In this document: in pieces, positions 62,575 through 64,000 of the stretch
Layout: the number at the start of each line of letters is the position of its first letter
How positions within the stretch are numbered: position 1 is the first letter of the stretch
Virus record (IMG/VR): IMGVR_UViG_3300014204_000113
Span: 64,001-128,000 of that record
Length of the DNA: 64,000 nucleotides
Reading direction: 5' to 3' (one strand)
From: a virus
Lineage: Duplodnaviria > Caudoviricetes
Program-made: the position numbers and the translations under genes
The notes under the pieces: model-generated
Database searches by the model: none
Seen by the model: the letters and a program-made list of their open reading frames with translations, nothing else
Told to the model about the DNA's origin: nothing

Positions 62575-63141
62575 ATGAAAATTAAAGTTACAATTCAAGG
62601 AACAGTTCCAATTTTATTTAATCGTTTTGCAGAAGAGAATGAAGTTAAAGTTGCTTCTGGAATTAATCCAGTTCAAGGAGGACAAAGAGGAACGCCTAGA
62701 GAACAAGCAGAAAAGAAACTATATCAAGACGTGGATGGGAATTTGTTTCTTCCAAGTCCTATGTTATTTTCTTGTTTAGTAGATGCTGGTAAATTCCATA
62801 AAGTGGGAAGAAATAAAGTTACGACTCAGAAGACTTCTTTAGTTCCTGCCGGTATATCTGTTGAAGAATTAATCATTCCGTTTAATACTAAAGATTGGGA
62901 AATTGATTCTAGAAGCGTTGTGATACCATCTACTGGTGGTAGAATCATGTGTCACAGACCCCGGCTTGATGAGTGGCAATTAACTTTCACTTTGGATGTT
63001 GATACAACAATGTTTGATCCTAAGTTTGTTAGGACTCTTATGGATGATGCAGGCAAGAAATGTGGCTTGGGTGATTATAGACCTAATCGTAAAGGGCCAT
63101 TTGGTAAATTTGTTGTGATTAATTGGGAAGAAGAAAAATAA
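62575..63141 (+). CDS. stand-alone RAMP/Cas7-like protein, paralog 3 (TGT array)
   Basis: IQGTVPIL, LPS, DSRSVVI...RIMCHRPRL..W, AG..CGLGDYRP..KGPFGKF. Confidence 0.8.
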   Translation: MKIKVTIQGTVPILFNRFAEENEVKVASGINPVQGGQRGTPREQAEKKLYQDVDGNLFLPSPMLFSCLVDAGKFHKVGRNKVTTQKTSLVPAGISVEELIIPFNTKDWEIDSRSVVIPSTGGRIMCHRPRLDEWQLTFTLDVDTTMFDPKFVRTLMDDAGKKCGLGDYRPNRKGPFGKFVVINWEEEK

Positions 63142-63169
63142 TAAAAAATAAGATCAAGGATGGAGAATT

Positions 63170-63475
63170 ATGAAATTTGAATTAATGAAAGAATTAAACG
63201 AATTAATTCTTTCTATTGACAACCCGGTTGAAACAGCAACAGATTGGCTTTTTGATTATCAAACCTATAGTTATAATTATATAAGCGCAGAAACAAAAAA
63301 TAGAGTTGATAAACAAGAAGAATGGTTAAATTTACATCAACAACCTATTCTTTTAGGCGAGGAAATACAAACTGAAGAAGAAACGCTTGAGGAAATACTT
63401 GATGAACTTGAATCTTGGCTTCCTGCTCTTCAATCTGCTATTTGGGCAGTAAAAGAACTAAAGAAGGAATATTGA
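63170..63475 (+). CDS. hypothetical protein
   Basis: acidic 101-aa ORF directly after RAMP paralog 3. Confidence 0.5.
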   Translation: MKFELMKELNELILSIDNPVETATDWLFDYQTYSYNYISAETKNRVDKQEEWLNLHQQPILLGEEIQTEEETLEEILDELESWLPALQSAIWAVKELKKEY

Positions 63476-63485
63476 GGGTAAATAG

Positions 63486-64000
63486 ATGACAGTATGGTTC
63501 AGTGGAGACCAGCATCTTTCGCATGACTCTAAACATGGAGGAATAATCCAATATTGTAATCGTCCATTTGTAAGTTTGAAAGAAATGAATTCAGTAATTA
63601 TTGATAGAATGTTAGAAAAAGTTCATAAAGGAGATACATTATATTCTTTAGGCGATTTAACTTTCAAAAAAGATGTTGCTTTAAAGTTTGTTGAAATAAT
63701 TAAAAAAAATAACATCAATTTAATTTATATAAGAGGGAATCACGATAAAAATATCCTTCCTATTTTGAACACAGAAGGAATAAAAGTATATGATTTATTA
63801 ACAATAAATATTGCAAAACAACCTATAGTTTTGTGCCACTATGCGATGAGGACTTGGGACAATGGAGTTGCCATAACTCTTGGCAACTCCATTGTCACAG
63901 TCACCACACACTATCTCCGCAAGGTAAACAACTAGATTGTGGGGTGGATGGATTTGATTTTTATCCAGTTTCTTATGATACGGTAAGAAACATTATGAAG
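63486..64000 (+). pseudogene. calcineurin-like phosphoesterase with a frameshift near 63860, running off the window
   Basis: GDQH, LGD, GNHD, CHY in frame 1; WQLHCHSH...DCGVD continues in another frame. Confidence 0.7.

Overview
A 64-kb, AT-rich, gene-dense segment with essentially all real genes on the + strand. It reads as the replication, nucleotide-metabolism and accessory region of a large dsDNA bacteriophage. It encodes a sliding clamp, a DnaE-type polymerase fused to uracil-DNA glycosylase, a clamp loader, SSB, RecA, ligase, class II RNR, ThyA-like enzyme, split SbcC plus SbcD, three DNA methyltransferases, a CCA-adding enzyme, tRNAs, an IscB/omegaRNA element and a ~15-kb sugar-nucleotide/glycosyltransferase/B12-radical-SAM cluster. 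No virion structural genes are recognisable. The standout feature is three paralogous stand-alone RAMP/Cas7-like genes (19123, 23107, 62575) plus 11 intergenic arrays of 5-nt units made of a fixed triplet and a variable dinucleotide (GGT-NN x6, GGC-NN x4, TGT-NN x1). In six arrays I read the NN dinucleotides as NN-x-NN-x (codon positions 1-2, wobble skipped). Each then spells a diverged, conservatively substituted allele of part of a neighbouring gene: clamp, recA, an 84-aa repeat protein, epimerase, glycosyltransferase (reverse strand) and methyltransferase. This points to an RNA-guided, non-contiguous-code DNA-targeting system aimed at the homologous genes of competing related phages. All alignments were done by hand and all functional assignments are motif-based, not database-checked.
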